Shown here one piece after another: positions 22,676 through 36,276 of a stretch of 64,000 nt of DNA. The DNA is taken from positions 372,001-436,000 of the forward strand of contig NW_003314384.1 of the NCBI RefSeq assembly GCF_000143415.4. The letters run 5' to 3'. The number at the start of each line of letters is the position of its first letter. The first letter of the stretch is position 1. Under the pieces are notes generated by a model. That model was given only the letters and a program-made list of their open reading frames with translations. It did no database searches and was not told where the DNA came from. This DNA is from Selaginella moellendorffii (taxonomy: Eukaryota; Plantae; Lycopodiophyta). The position numbers and the translations under genes were made by a program.

Positions 22676-25629
22676 CATGGTTGGTCCCAACCACGTTCAG
22701 CCAGAATCCTGACCGCCGCCGAATATGGTCAGCCGAATGCAGTCGGACAGTTCCGTTCGGCAAAAAAAATGGTGATCGCACTCACAGGGGCTAGATTTCT
22801 GATGCTGCTACAGCTATCGCCATTGCCACTGCATCTCCACTGCTTTGCTGTTCTCCTGCTGCTATGTATGGAGCGATCCATCCATCCACAAATGCCCAGC
22901 CCAGCAAGCCTATATAGAATCTGATGAAGAGGGCTATAGCCTATAGGAGCTGCATGCATACCAAGCTCTACAGGGCAACACTCTCCAGTCGGTCAGCCTT
23001 TGCTTTCGATTGAGCATGGAGCAGCTTGCTGAGGCCTCGCAAATCACCTAGTCCACAACGCTTGAAATTTTTGCCCTAAAATGGAAATTACGATTCCAGT
23101 GATTTCAGAGATTTGATTCTAGCAATTCTGGCACAATTGAGCAATGGTGCCCGATTGGGCATGGTCCCATGTTACCAAGTTCACTCCTTATGCTTCCAGC
23201 AAAGGAGTTGGGTGTTGGAAATGTAATTATTGTGGAAAAATGTATGGTGGTCTGCCAAAACGAATTAAGGCACATTTTGCTAAAATTTCTGGGCATGATA
23301 TTGAAGCATGTAGTGCTTCAAATGTGTCTCTTCATGTTCAGAACCAAATTCACCAAATGTTTATGGAGAAAATTGCAAATACCCCTTTGTCTTTAGTTTC
23401 TACAACAAATCTATAGAGTAGGCATTTTGATGGAGCATTTGTTGGTTTATGGTGTATGTAGAAGTTGGTTTATGTACACAGTAACACCAGAGTGGTGGTG
23501 TGAGACACAAAATCCCTAGGCCCCAAAGTGGAGCCGGAAAGGGTGCCATGTGGTAGTGGCCGAAGCGAAAGCCCAAACGAGTGTAACACGTTTGGACTAA
23601 AAGCTCTGACTTGGAAGGTTGAGAGCGGAAGTGGAACTCCCAACAAAGTGCTCAAGGAGCGAGCACGAAGCGAGCAATAAGCAAGGCTCCAAAAAGGGAC
23701 CCAAAAAGGACCAACACATGACATGTGGAAGTGTCCGAGATGGAGTCCGAGGCGGACCCTAGTTGGAGTCCGATATGGAGTCCGAGATGGACCCGAAGTG
23801 GAGTCCGAGATGGAGTCCGATATGGAGTCCGAGATGGACCCGAAGTGGAGTCCGAGGTGGACCGAGACGGAGTCCGAGATGGAGTTCGAGATGGAATCCG
23901 AGATGGAGTCCGAGATGGACCCAAGATGGACCCGAGATGGAGTCCGAGATGGAGTCCGAGGTGGACCGAGACGGAGTCCGAGATGGACCCGAGATGGAGT
24001 CCGAGGTGGACCAAGACGGAGTCCGAGATGGAGTCCGAAATGGACCAAGACGGAGTCTGAGATGGAGTCCGAGAAGGACCCGAGATGGAGTCCGAGGTCG
24101 AGACCGAGACTGGGACCGAGATCGACCGAGACCAAGACCGGGACCGGGACTGAGACCGAGCCCGAGCCCGAGTCCGAGTCCGAGTCCGAGTTCGAGTTTG
24201 AGAGGGTGAAAGCCCAAAGCGTTCATCTCCCAGACCCTGGGGGGTTTGGTGAGCTCCAAAAGTATAGTAGGGGGAGGACTGTAGTGGAGCTAGTTTGGCT
24301 AGGAAAGGCCAGTTTGGCCCAAGAAGGCCAGACCCAGTGTTGGGTGATGAATTGACCACTGGGAAGTCCAAGACTAGAGTGAATACTGACCGACAAGCGG
24401 GGTAGCTTGGTGAAGTGTTCAAGAGCCGGCTCTAGTTCCCCCGGGAGATCGACTGGCCGATGCTCCCAGTCCAAGTGTGGGTGGCACTACCTACTTGGAT
24501 ACCAAGCATGGCTCAACGGAACCTCGCTCTAAGCCCATGGCTAGAGCACCTAAAGGCGAAAGGTGGGGAGAGTACCCAGGTGACTTGCATAAGGCCACGG
24601 TGTTCCGAAATGTTGTCCCAAAGGCCCAGACTGTGGAAAGGAAGAGGAGCAGTCCTCTGGGCTAGTGACCAAGGACACAGTCGTGTGGTGAGGAAGTCCC
24701 AGAGGACCGTGGGACTTAGTGGTCGGGCCGGTGGGCCTCGATCCAGTGGTAGTGTTGGTGAATACGGCCGTGGGCAGAAAGGGACTTGGTGGGGACCAGA
24801 AAAGGGATATTGGGGAAGGATATTCCCCACATCTGTGGGCATCCTAAGGATGCTAAGGAGGGGATCTGGAATGATCACTCATGGACAGATGGTCCAGTCC
24901 TTGAGAGACAGGATTGTGATGCAGGTGGTGTTAGATCACCGGTATGACCAAGGTAAAGGGGCATGGCCTTAGCGTAACGGGCTAGTATGTCGGTGGTACC
25001 TTGGGGTGTCGGTCTTGGGACCGGACACGTGGAGCACTTGGACTAAGTGCAAGGGATGAGTGGCATGGATGCCATTCTCGGGGCTAGCAAGTCCCAAGTC
25101 CTGAATTGGACTTAAGGAGGTGGTGAGTGAGACCCCTCCAAGTGGTCGAAGGCGTGGTTAAGTGACTAAAGTAGAATGGAAAAATTAATCGCTTACAGGT
25201 GGATTATGTTGAAAGTGAAGAAATGAAATTTCTAGAGATTAATTTCGACACAATTGCAATCAAACCACAATGGATGAGGATTATAGAGATGCAAGCTAGA
25301 CTTGAATCTCTTGGTATAGAAGATTTAGCTGAAGAAGATCTTCCAAATGAGGATGTGATTGTTGAGGAAGATGCCAGAGATGTCGAGGAACTTGCTGAGG
25401 ATGTTGAAGAAGATGAGTAGTAGATGGTTTGGTTTGGTCTAATGCTTTGGTTTGGTTTGGTTTCATGCTTTGGTTTTCTTACTTTTATTAATGTGGTTTT
25501 ACTAAAAAGGTATTTTTTTTATCAAAAAAAATTTGTGAACCATTTAGCCATTTGGCATTTCACAGCCGGTCGATAACCACAGTCGGCCGGTCGGCCAGTC
25601 GGCGTTTGGAACGGTCGGGACCAACCATG
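22676..25629 (+). mobile_element. hAT element copy 2 with solo LTR 23499-25197
   Basis: Same TIRs and TSD CTCATGGG. The BED ORF (23144-23416) is longer than in copy 1. LTR TSD is GGTGG. Confidence 0.9.
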
Positions 25630-27668
25630 CTCATGGGTGTGGGTGTGGGTGTGGGTGTGTTGTCACAACCAGCCTTATGTACCCAGTGGAACACCACTCT
25701 TTAAGTTTGTGAGAGCCTTCTGAATTCACTTTCTTGTCCAGCTTCATGATGTCCAGCATTGCAAATGGGGGAGTTGCTCCTAGCACATGTCCATTTTGAA
25801 CTGGACACACAAACCGGTGCTTGTCCGAGATGCGCACACGGAGCTTGTCTGGAGGAGTAGTATGGTGTTGGGTGGTGTGTGAGGAAACTAGCGGCAGCAA
25901 AAGCACTGGAAGGAGGAGATAGTGTGGCATGACGAGGGTGGCGACGAGGAAGGTGTCCACGGATGAGAAACCCCAGGAAGAGGAGGAGGAGCTCTTGACA
26001 GATTGGAGCAAATCCATCAAGGCGGCGGCTTCTCCCGGTGGCCGGAACCAAAGGGCATGTACATTCTTCTTTTACAAGAGCTTATGGAGAGAAGCGATTC
26101 TTCGCTCTTCTTCAGGAAGCCCGGCCGTGTCCAAGGATGGGAGAGGAATGCATGGAGCTCTTGCTGGGATGGTGCCGTGGACAGCACTAGCAACAAGCTT
26201 GGGTGGGTGATGGGTAGCAGCATTGACTTCCCACGATCACCATTGTCATCGAGGAGCAGCGGATCCCACGAGTAAGCAGTGAAGCAGCAGCAACGCATTT
26301 GCGATGTGGAATTCTCAGCCATGGCGAGGAGCAGCAGCAGCGTGATCTTCCTGAGCATCTCCCAGTAATAGCTTGTCCACGCAAGCCGATTGTGAACTCA
26401 TCTTCTAGTGAGGCCTCCATGTTGATCTTGCAGGACAGAAGTGCATCCACACTAGGGCCCTATTCCTCTCTGTTTTTTGTCGTTCCGGGTGGGGCAGACT
26501 TGAGTTCTCTTGTCCCATGCCCTAGCTCTGCTGCTGCTGCACATGCTGCTGCTCTGGTGGTGACTCCTGATCTGATCCTAGTGTACCACTCCTGCACTTC
26601 TGTGAGACATCCATCCCTGTGAACCCCCTCAGCTGCAAAAGTATTTGGGATGATTCCCCGCAAGCCTTTCTGACTTGTGACTGGCCTGAGACTCTCATGA
26701 AGTTCTTGCACTCTAGCCAGTGACCATGCAAGTGGATGAAGGGAGGTATCTTCATCCTCTTCTCCACTCTCAGTGGACACTTCACCTTTGGCATGGCTTA
26801 CACTTTCAGCTTTTTCCAAGACCTGGCCATCTCCCAACCTAGAAACGTCCACCTCTTCTATCCCATGGTTCTCATCCTATTGGGCTGCTTCTTTGCATGG
26901 CTCACTTGCTGCCTTGCACAACAGTGTTCTAGCCATTGATATAGAGGGCCCTTTCCCGTTCTGGCTTGTTTCCGTATGTGTTCCAGGACCCCGACCTTGT
27001 AACAGTCTTCCTCGTGGGAGGACCCGGCGAGATCGCTGAACATGTATGTACATTCCCCATGTCCCAATGGGACTAATACAAAAACTGGGCATGCCACCCT
27101 CTCAATGAGTTACTCTACATGAAGGACCTGGCGAGATCGCTGAACGTGTATGTACATTCCCCATGTTCCAATGGGACTAATACAAAAACTGGGCGTGCCG
27201 CCCTCTCAATGAGCTACTCTACGTGATCCTCTTGTCACAGCTGGACCTAGTCCTAGAGTAGAAGTGGACGTGGTCGTCTCGATTGAATCATGTCGATGTC
27301 CAAGTCTCCCCCATGAGCTGAACGTAGAACAGAGTCCAAGAGGGACCATTGCCAGCAAATCTCGCCACCTACCATTCTGCCGAAGTATGGGAGCCACCTG
27401 GACTGCCACTCCTCTAGCTGCCTTGGTTTCACCCGCTCCTTTAGGATGGTGTAATGAAGCCGCACTGCTGCAAGAGTGAGTCTCCACCACGATGCCACCA
27501 CTGTTGATATCCTCGCTTGTTTCCCATCAAAGAGACCTAGCGAGATCATGGCACCACTTTGTGCAATCCACATTCTCTGTGTGCCGTTGTCAAAACAGTG
27601 TGATTGAGAGCAAGTAAAGGAGGTAAGAGAATGAATTTTCATTTATTCGTGATGAGGGAGAGGACAAA

Positions 27669-27726
27669 AGACAACCTGAGACCGGTTTCGTCCTTTTTGG
27701 GACTCATCAGCCAGATGTAGTTGTCT
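27669..27726 (-). ncRNA. Hammerhead ribozyme, copy 2
   Basis: Identical to 10640-10697. Confidence 0.85.
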
Positions 27727-28812
27727 AGCATCTACCCTAACCCTAGCTTGGCATTGACTCTAATTATATTCTGGCTCTGTTACTTGGCACAAGTCCATGT
27801 GGCGGCCATGCTAAGTGGCATCGCAGCGTTGGCTCGCGAAGATGTGAATATAGCAAAACTAAAGTTGGTTACTTAGCAACAATAGTAGTTGCAGAGAATG
27901 TCTTCAGCAGATCACTGAAGAGAGTAAGTGTTTGTCTGGTGGATGACGTACCTTTGATGCAAGATAACTTGTAAATGTGGCATGATATAGTGTATGCATT
28001 ATGTCCACAATGCTTGTGTCAGTTGTACATAAGTTAAACGCTCATCTAGATTACATCCTCAACTCTATAAAGAAAACTTTATATTGTTCCCAAGATCCCA
28101 AAGTCATTCTCTTATTAACCCCTTTCTATCCACTGCATTGTGCACAAGTTCAAGCATGAACTAGAGTGGAGAGCCATGTCCTCTCGACATACTACTCCTC
28201 AAGGACAGATCCATATCTAGGATCTTCCAATTCCAATACAAGTGGTGATATACTTGGCCACGAATAAGAGTTGCATTAAGGAATAGCTCTAATACCAAAT
28301 TGTAAACAACTAAATTTTCCATTCTACTTTAATTACTTAACCACACTTCCGACCACTTAGAGGAGTCTCACTCACAACCTCCATAAATCCTATTCCGGAC
28401 TTAGAGCTTGCTAGCCTCGAGAATGGCATCCCTACCACTCAACCTTTACATTTGGTCCAAGTGCTCCACATGTTTAATCCCATGATCAACACCCAAAAAC
28501 ACCACCAACATATCAGCCCGTTATTGCCCTTTTATCTTTACCACACTAGTGGTCCAACACCACTTGCATCACAGTCCCATCTCTCAAAGACTAGACGATC
28601 CGTCCATCAATGGTCATCCAAGATGCACTCCTTAGCATCTTTAGGATGCCTACAAAAATGGGGAATAGCCTTCTCCAATATCCCTTTTTTAGACTCCACC
28701 AAATCCTTTTCTATCCATGGGTGTGTTCATCAACACTGCCATTGGGTCAAGGCCCACAACTCCGACCACTAAGTCCTATTGTCCTTTAGGACTTCCTCAC
28801 CATATAACCATA

Positions 28813-30337
28813 TGTGAGACACAAAATCCCTAGGCCCCAAAGTGGAGCCGGAAGGGTGCCACGTGGTAGTGGCCGAAACGAAAGCCAAACGAGCGTAACA
28901 CGTTTGGACTAAAAGATTCAACTTGATAGGTTGAGAGTGGGAGTGGAACTCCCAACAAAGTGCTTGAGGAATGAGCATGAAGCGAGCAACAAGCGAGGCT
29001 CTAAAAAAGGACCCAAAAAGGACTAACACATGACACGTGGAAGTGTCCAAGATGGACCCAAGATGGAGTCCGAGATGGAGTCCGAGGTGGACCTGAGGTG
29101 GAGTCTGAGATGGAGTCCGAGAAGGACCTGAGATGGAGTCCAAGATGGACCCGAGATGGAGACCGAGGTCGAGACCAAGACCAGAACCGAGACTGAGACC
29201 GAGACCGAGACCAAGACCGAGACGGAGACTGAGACCGAGACTGAGACCGAGACCGAGACCGGGACTGGGACCGGGACCGGGACCAAGCCCAAAACCAAGC
29301 TCGAGCTCGAGCCCGAGTCCGAGTTCAAGTCCGAGTCCGAGTCCGAGTTCGAGTCTGAGAGGGTGAAAGCCCAAAGCGTTCGTCTCCTAGACCCTAGGGG
29401 GTTTGGTGAGCTCCAAAAGTATAGTAAGGGGGAGGACTGCAGTGGAGCTAGTTTGGCCCAGGAAGGCCAGACCCAGTGTTGGGTGATGAACTAACCACTG
29501 GGAAGTCCAAAATTAAAGTGAATACGGACCGACAAACGGGGTAGCTTGGTGAAGTGTTCAAGAGCTAGCTCTAGTTCCCCCGAGAGATCGACTGGCCAAT
29601 GCTCCCAGTCCAAGTGTGGGTGGCACTACCTACTTGGATACTAGGCGTGGCTCAATGGAACCTCGCTCTAAGCCCATGGCTAGAGCACCTAAAGGCAAAA
29701 GGTGGGGAGAGTACCCACGGGGCTCACGTAAGTCCACGGTGTTCCGAAATGTTGTCCCGAAGTCCCAAATGGGGGAAAAGAGGAGGAGCAATCCCCGACC
29801 ACTAAGTCCCATGGTCCTCTGGGGCTTCCTCACCATATGCTTGTATCCTTAGTCACTACACTAGAGCCTGTGGGCCTTGATTTAGTGGCAGTGTCGGCGA
29901 ACATGGCCATGGACAGAAAAGGGACTTGGTGGGGACCGGAAAAGGGACATTGGGGGAAGGTTATTCCCCATGTCTGTGGGCATCCTAAGGATGCTAAGGA
30001 GTGGATCTGGGATGATCACTCATGAACGGATGGCCCACTCTTTGAGAGACGGGACTGTGATGGAGGTGGTGTCAGACCACTGGTGTGACCAAGGTGAATG
30101 GGCATGGCCATAGCGTAACGGGCTAATATGTTAGTGGTACCTTGGAGTGTCGGTCATGGGATCGGTCACGTGGAGCACTTGGACCAAGTGCAAAGGTTGA
30201 GTGGCGGGGATGCCATTCTCGGGGCTAGCAAGCCCAAATCTGAAATAGGACTTATGGAGGTTGTGAGTGAAACTCGTCCAAGTGGTCAGAGGTGTGGTTA
30301 AGTGACTAAAGTAGAATGGAAAAATTAGTCGCTTACA
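28813..30337 (+). mobile_element. Solo LTR, copy of 11784-13468 with a 160-bp shorter minisatellite
   Basis: TG...CA termini and TSD CCATA. Confidence 0.92.
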
Positions 30338-32893
30338 CCATATCCTTGATCACTACACCAAAGAATTGCCCCTCTTCCTTTCCACAATCTAGGATTTTGG
30401 GATAACATTTTGGAACACTGTGGCCCTATGCAAGCCTCATGGGTACTCTCCCCACTTTCTACCTTTGGGTGTTCTAGCCATAGAGCTAGAGCAAGGTTCT
30501 ATTGAGCCATGCCAAATTGGCTTTTCTTTATTGAGAGTCAATGACTATTGAAAAATGAATGTCCTTATATTCCAAACCATCACCATACCCTAGTGAGTTG
30601 GGACTTGAACCCAAACACTAAAAAGTTAGGACTTGAACCCAACCTCCGCATATGCATCTATGGGCGGCATCACCTAGGATTCCTAGCATGACTCCTAACA
30701 TCAATGCACCAACTTATACCCAAAGCAAGTTACAAATCACAATTTAGGAACTTAGTTCCTCCAAACTGTCAAGTCCTCTCACTTGATAAGTCTGTGATCA
30801 TGCATAGACTCCTCTATACTTGGCCCTATAGGCCACCCTTTTTGAAGTTAGCACCTTTAACTAGGGTCATTGTTCCCTTGACTTGCCAATCTCACTTAGT
30901 AAGTCATTTGACTAGCATAACATGGTTTTATATATAAGCATGAAACTTCTCAACCATTGACTTTCGTTCAAAGCTATCTTTTTTAACATTGATCCTTTAG
31001 GACTATTCCTTGATTCCAATGTCGTTTGCTAATTGTAATTATATTTTGTAGTTTAACATTTTTATTGGATGAAACTGGAAAGAATGCAAACTTAACATGA
31101 GCTGGAGTTGGTTTATCTGGATCTTTTATAAAATAGATATTAATTACATTAATACATTGACGTGTGGAACAATTGCTAGACAAAGTGACTTTTGTCAATA
31201 CACCAGTGTGAAATGGTTGCACATATTCTAAGCATCTTTCCAACTAACACCATAATTGTTTGATACAAGTGATACAAAATGATGCTATGTCACAATTAAT
31301 GTTTTTTATGGGAAGGGGAGGTTCTAGCTTAGGATAGTATAATATGTGGAAGTAAATAAAACTTATAATATAAAATATATTTATAATTTTTGTTTATTGT
31401 TTCCACATAAATGTGAAGCTTGGGCTTTTTTTCACAAAGAAAAAAATCATAAGACACTCATTTAAGTATTTAAATTTAAATTTTTAATATTAAAATTATT
31501 TTTTTTAAATTTTTTTTACAATGATGCAACTTAAAAAAATTTATGTTTGTGCTTGCAAACACAATAACATATGAGTGAATTGTTTTTAAAGATTTGCTCA
31601 AATTTAGATCTGAAATTTTTAAATATGATTATATTTACTTACAGAATGCTAAAATAAGGGAGCTAATTGATTAGAATTTAGAACATATGAGACAAAAAAA
31701 TAAATGTAAATTAATTTTTCAACTACATAAATAAGTTTTCATATATATTTCTTTCATCATGAAAGGCATACACAAAAAAAAACCTTTAAAAAAAACTATA
31801 AACCTTCGCAAATGTAACTATTAAATTGTTAAAAACTCATTTGTTATATCAATTTTAAGAATTTTTAGCATTGAAACTTTTTTTAAAAATTCAAATAAAC
31901 TAATGTGTTTTATGTTCACAAGATTATGAAAATATTTATAGGCCGTAAATTTTGAGCATATAATTACTAGGAAATGCAAACTAAGCACTTAGGTTTTAAG
32001 TGCTACATGAAAAACATAATATTATGTTTTGTAGCACAAAAACAAAAATCATAATATAATTTCACTATTAGGAACCTAACAAATTCTAAAAATATTTTAA
32101 AAGATTCTAGAAGGTTCTAAAAGTTTCGTGGATTATTCTAAAATATTCTTAAAAGCTAGATTCTAAAGAAATATTCCTAGAATATTTCTAATAAAAGTTA
32201 GAAGAAAATATTCCTAAAAGAATGCAACATGGGGATTAGAAACAAGCAGCATGCGCACCAGCTAGTTTGAAGTATGATTGCGTTATTGCAACAAGTATCA
32301 TGATCAATCCATCTAGGTTGTTTGAGTGTGCTTCCCATACCTGGAAATCTCTGCAATTCCACCCAAAACGCTTCCAATACAGGCTTCTGAGCTCCCCCGT
32401 TCGCTTAGACTTGTTCATTTTTGCATGTCTGTAGACATGTTGGTTCTTGTTTGTTGCGGCAACTAAAAACTTTCCAATTTCCAAGACACATTTGTACAAA
32501 TCCAATTCTTCCAACATCCTAACCAGTCCGAAGGCAGCACCTTGGTGGAATCTTCATGCGGCTTTATTCCTCCCCACCATATACTCAAAATCATCCTCAT
32601 TGAATTCCATGGTGTAGCAATGTCACTAGCTGAAACCTTATGTGCCTGCGCATTTCAAATTCGCCCAAAGCGAAATCCATGTAAGTCAGCCTATATTGAA
32701 GTTGAGTTAGTATTGCTCCTTGTGGATAACACTCTGATGAAGCTCATTTTAAGTTTAACAAAGCTTCACAATTGCATCTTTTTATTGAAATCAAGTACAA
32801 GCGCACCACACAATTATTCCCATGATCAATCATCCTTGTCAAGTTAGACCAGCAAGACAAGGCATGATTATACATACGACTGCTATATATATA

Positions 32894-34708
32894 TCATGTA
32901 GGACATGAACAAGCGTTGACGCTCATGTTGACATCACCACCAGCTGCAGCAACAATACTTGTTGGAGCATCCGCAACAGCTTCAGCCTGGTTCCACATGA
33001 CCACCCAGCCGCCTCTGCAATCCTTGTCATCGTCGTAACCTTTGCATGAACATGATGCCGAGTCATATTTGCAGCTGTTGTTCACACCATCCCAGGTGCC
33101 TCCCTGTGAGGTGGTACGAGTTGTAGCCCGACCATTGGAATCCAGCACAATACAAGAATCTCCGTAGCAGTAGCAAGTGAAGCCAATTCCTCCAACATGA
33201 CAGTCGTCGTCGTTCTTGCACCCCTCACAAGCCCTGTGGCACTCAAAGTGCTTCGAGTCCCCAGAAATGTCCTTGACAGCTACAAACTGCTGCAGGATCA
33301 CACTACCGCGCGGAGTGCTCTTGGTCAGGCACTGGAATCCCCAGTAGCCCTGGTAGTAAGCCTGTAAGTTCCTGCCCACTTGCCACTGGCTACTCCCAAC
33401 AGGGAAACGCCTGAGCACAACTTCCCATATGGGAGTGAACTTGTACTGCACAGCCAAGCTGCTGGTTGCTCCCTCCTCCATGAACGTGAACATCAGTTCC
33501 TTGCTCCGGTCCTGAGTGAGTTTTGCTCGAGTCTCGGGAGTACCACCTTTCACAAACAGCTTGTTGTGCATTTCCAAGTTCGCCGACTCCCGCTTGCTCT
33601 CCTGGCTTACACCCGCACAGCCTTCCACCCCGGACTGAAGCCCCTCCAGCTTTAGGCACGCCTGGGCCTTGAACTGCTGCTGCGAGTAGGATTTGGAAGA
33701 CTTGGCGCTGCTCCATTGCTGCAGCAAGGAGCCCGTGTAGATGGTCGAGATGTAGTGCGAGCCCCACTTTGACAAAAACTGTTGGAAAGGTGTCCAGCTG
33801 CTGCTTACTCCTGGCTCAGCCACCTCCACAGGCAACGTCTGCAGCTCCTCGAAAAACTTGGGATTCAGAGGCAGGTGGTCCACCTTGTTGCTGTTAAGGG
33901 TCTTCATCTTGGAAATAGAGACCGCGTCCAAGGACAGTGCTGAGATCTCTTGCTCCCCGGCACTGATTGAGTTGAAGGTGCTCTGTAGTGTTGCAGAAAC
34001 TGCTTGATAGTTCCCAGAGATGCTGGCTTCCGCACCAAGCTGCACCCCCCAATTGCAAATTGTCATTAATGACATACACTGTCACATCTCAGCAAAGACT
34101 TCTTGTTGAGTTTTGCAACATACGTACCGACATGTAGAACCTCTCTGTGCTCTCATAGAAGCTCGTCTGGTAGTCAACTTTGTTCACATCCAAGATGATC
34201 ACTGCATCTTCATTCAGGTTGGAAAAGATGTTGAGACCGCCAGCTTGGGTTTCCAGAATGTTGGCTCTGGGGAGGTAGACCCCGGTCCCCAGAGAACCCT
34301 CTGTTCAAAATGTTCAAAATGCAAGTTGGTCAACTACAGTGCTACCTACCAATTCAGGCTTACCTTGCTCTCCAAGCAGTTGGAGTAGCTCCCCAGCCGA
34401 AAGCACCAGCCCGCCTTGCTGAGGAACGGTGGTAGCCTTGGACAGGGAAACACTCATGTCTGTCTTGTTAACCGTCGACCACTCCAGGCCTCTGTTGTCC
34501 AGAGCATCCAGCAGCACATTGTTTGGCTGCACCAGCACCAGGAGGCCTCCCTTGGGAATGGGAGTTTCCGCACTTTTGCTGCTGGCGAAGAACGCCAATA
34601 TGCAAAAGAGAAAGAACAGTGCTGCTAGCTCGTGATACCTGGAAAACTGGTTAGTGGCAACACAATGGCACTGGAGAGAGTGCATAGCTACCTTTTAAGA
34701 AATGCCAT
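32894..34708 (-). CDS. Secreted MACPF protein, copy 2; exons 34708-34692, 34638-34364, 34300-34128, 34039-32894
   Basis: ORF translations are identical to copy 1 (offset 16869). Confidence 0.88.
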
Positions 34709-36176
34709 GGTTGAGATTGAACTTGATGAATTTGCTGAATATGCTGAATACATGAATGCCTTGTGTCCATCATCCAATTTATACTGCCTCTGCTACGGTT
34801 CAAACCCCACTGTACCTTTTTCTAAAATCACTGTACCCTTTTCGCCTTGGGTCATGGCAAGCATGCTTCTAATTTTCAAGCTTGATTTAATCACGTGCCT
34901 GAACATACGGAGGCATCCATCCCTCGTGTTGATCAGGCTAAATGCGCTGGTGTTAGTTTTGTAAGTGAATCCCCAAGCCACATAAAGAATATGGAAGCAA
35001 CTGTAGCCTTCTCACCTGTGTCCATTAATCGTTGAAGCTATTTGATATAGTCGAGTAGTTGTACTTGCACCAAGAACTAATGGACGCCCGTAGTCCTGGA
35101 AACGTATTATTTTTACAGATCTCACTGCTTGTCCTTCAACACAAAAGTGGAACAAAGTCAGAATCACTAACAGACTAAAACAAAAGGGCGTATAAACCTT
35201 ATTTCAGGTACCTGGATTGGCATGCAAAAGACTCTTAACACACGCACAACTTGAGCTCCCGCTTCCAAACTACGCTAGTCGGTCTGTCATTGCCTCTCAC
35301 TGTGCAGTGTCCTGTCCAGAATGATCCCCCGATTCTCAGGACCGTTTCCAGCGGAAGCTGGAATGTCAGATATAATCAGGACACTTTATCTGTCTGCTAA
35401 CCTCGCAGAGAATCTCAGCAGCATTAATTTGCGCCAGTGGATCATCTGCCTTTCGAAGTTCCTTTTCTAAGACAGAGAAAATGCCGGGACTGCGTACTTT
35501 CTCAGCAGCTAGTTGTGGTGCAGATGCAGAGTCATTTGCTACATACTTGAGGAGAGGTTCCTGGGATAGAAATTCAAGACATACTAGTTCAACGGGTGAC
35601 TTAGCCAAAATGCACCAGCTGCTTGCGCCACAGTAGAGTCCCTGGCAAAGCGAAACTATTGAGCTCGATTTGTTAATTAGAATATGTATGTACTCATTAG
35701 ATAAAGTGCCTCACTAAAGGATGAACAATGCCAAAAGCTGCTTAGGCAATGCAGTTTCGGCAGAGCTTGGATTGCCATTTTAATGTCAAGGAATTTGGCT
35801 ATCTGTATGAGTAGACACAGAAAAATCAGCTAATGAACCCACTAGAAAAAGAGAAAAGCTGTCTCACTGAGTTGCACTTGCACGTAAGCTTTCGTCTCGG
35901 GGTGGTCACTCTTTATAAGCATTATATATCATCTGCATTCTGGAAGTTTAGAATAGGGCCTAGTATACTTTTCTTGTTGTTCATAATTTGCCCCATACAT
36001 ATATGCATTTTTTCAAATCTTAAATAAACCCCCAATTCTTATATATATGTGGAATATTCTGGTTATTTTTGTATAAAGCATATATATATTTCCATTAATA
36101 TAAAAAAATTATTTCACCCTTCTATGACAATTGATATTCTTGCTTTTATCTTTGATGAAATTATCAAAAACTTCCC

Positions 36177-36276
36177 NNNNNNNNNNNNNNNNNNNNNNNN
36201 NNNNNNNNNNNNNNNNNNNNNNNNNNNNNNNNNNNNNNNNNNNNNNNNNNNNNNNNNNNNNNNNNNNNNNNNNNNN
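36177..36276. other. Assembly gap (100 N)
   Basis: Run of N. Confidence 1.

Larger units (their letters stand above)
20927..36176 (+). repeat. Tandem duplication unit 2 (ends at the assembly gap)
   Basis: Colinear copy of 3930-19307 with a few SNPs and indels. Confidence 0.97.
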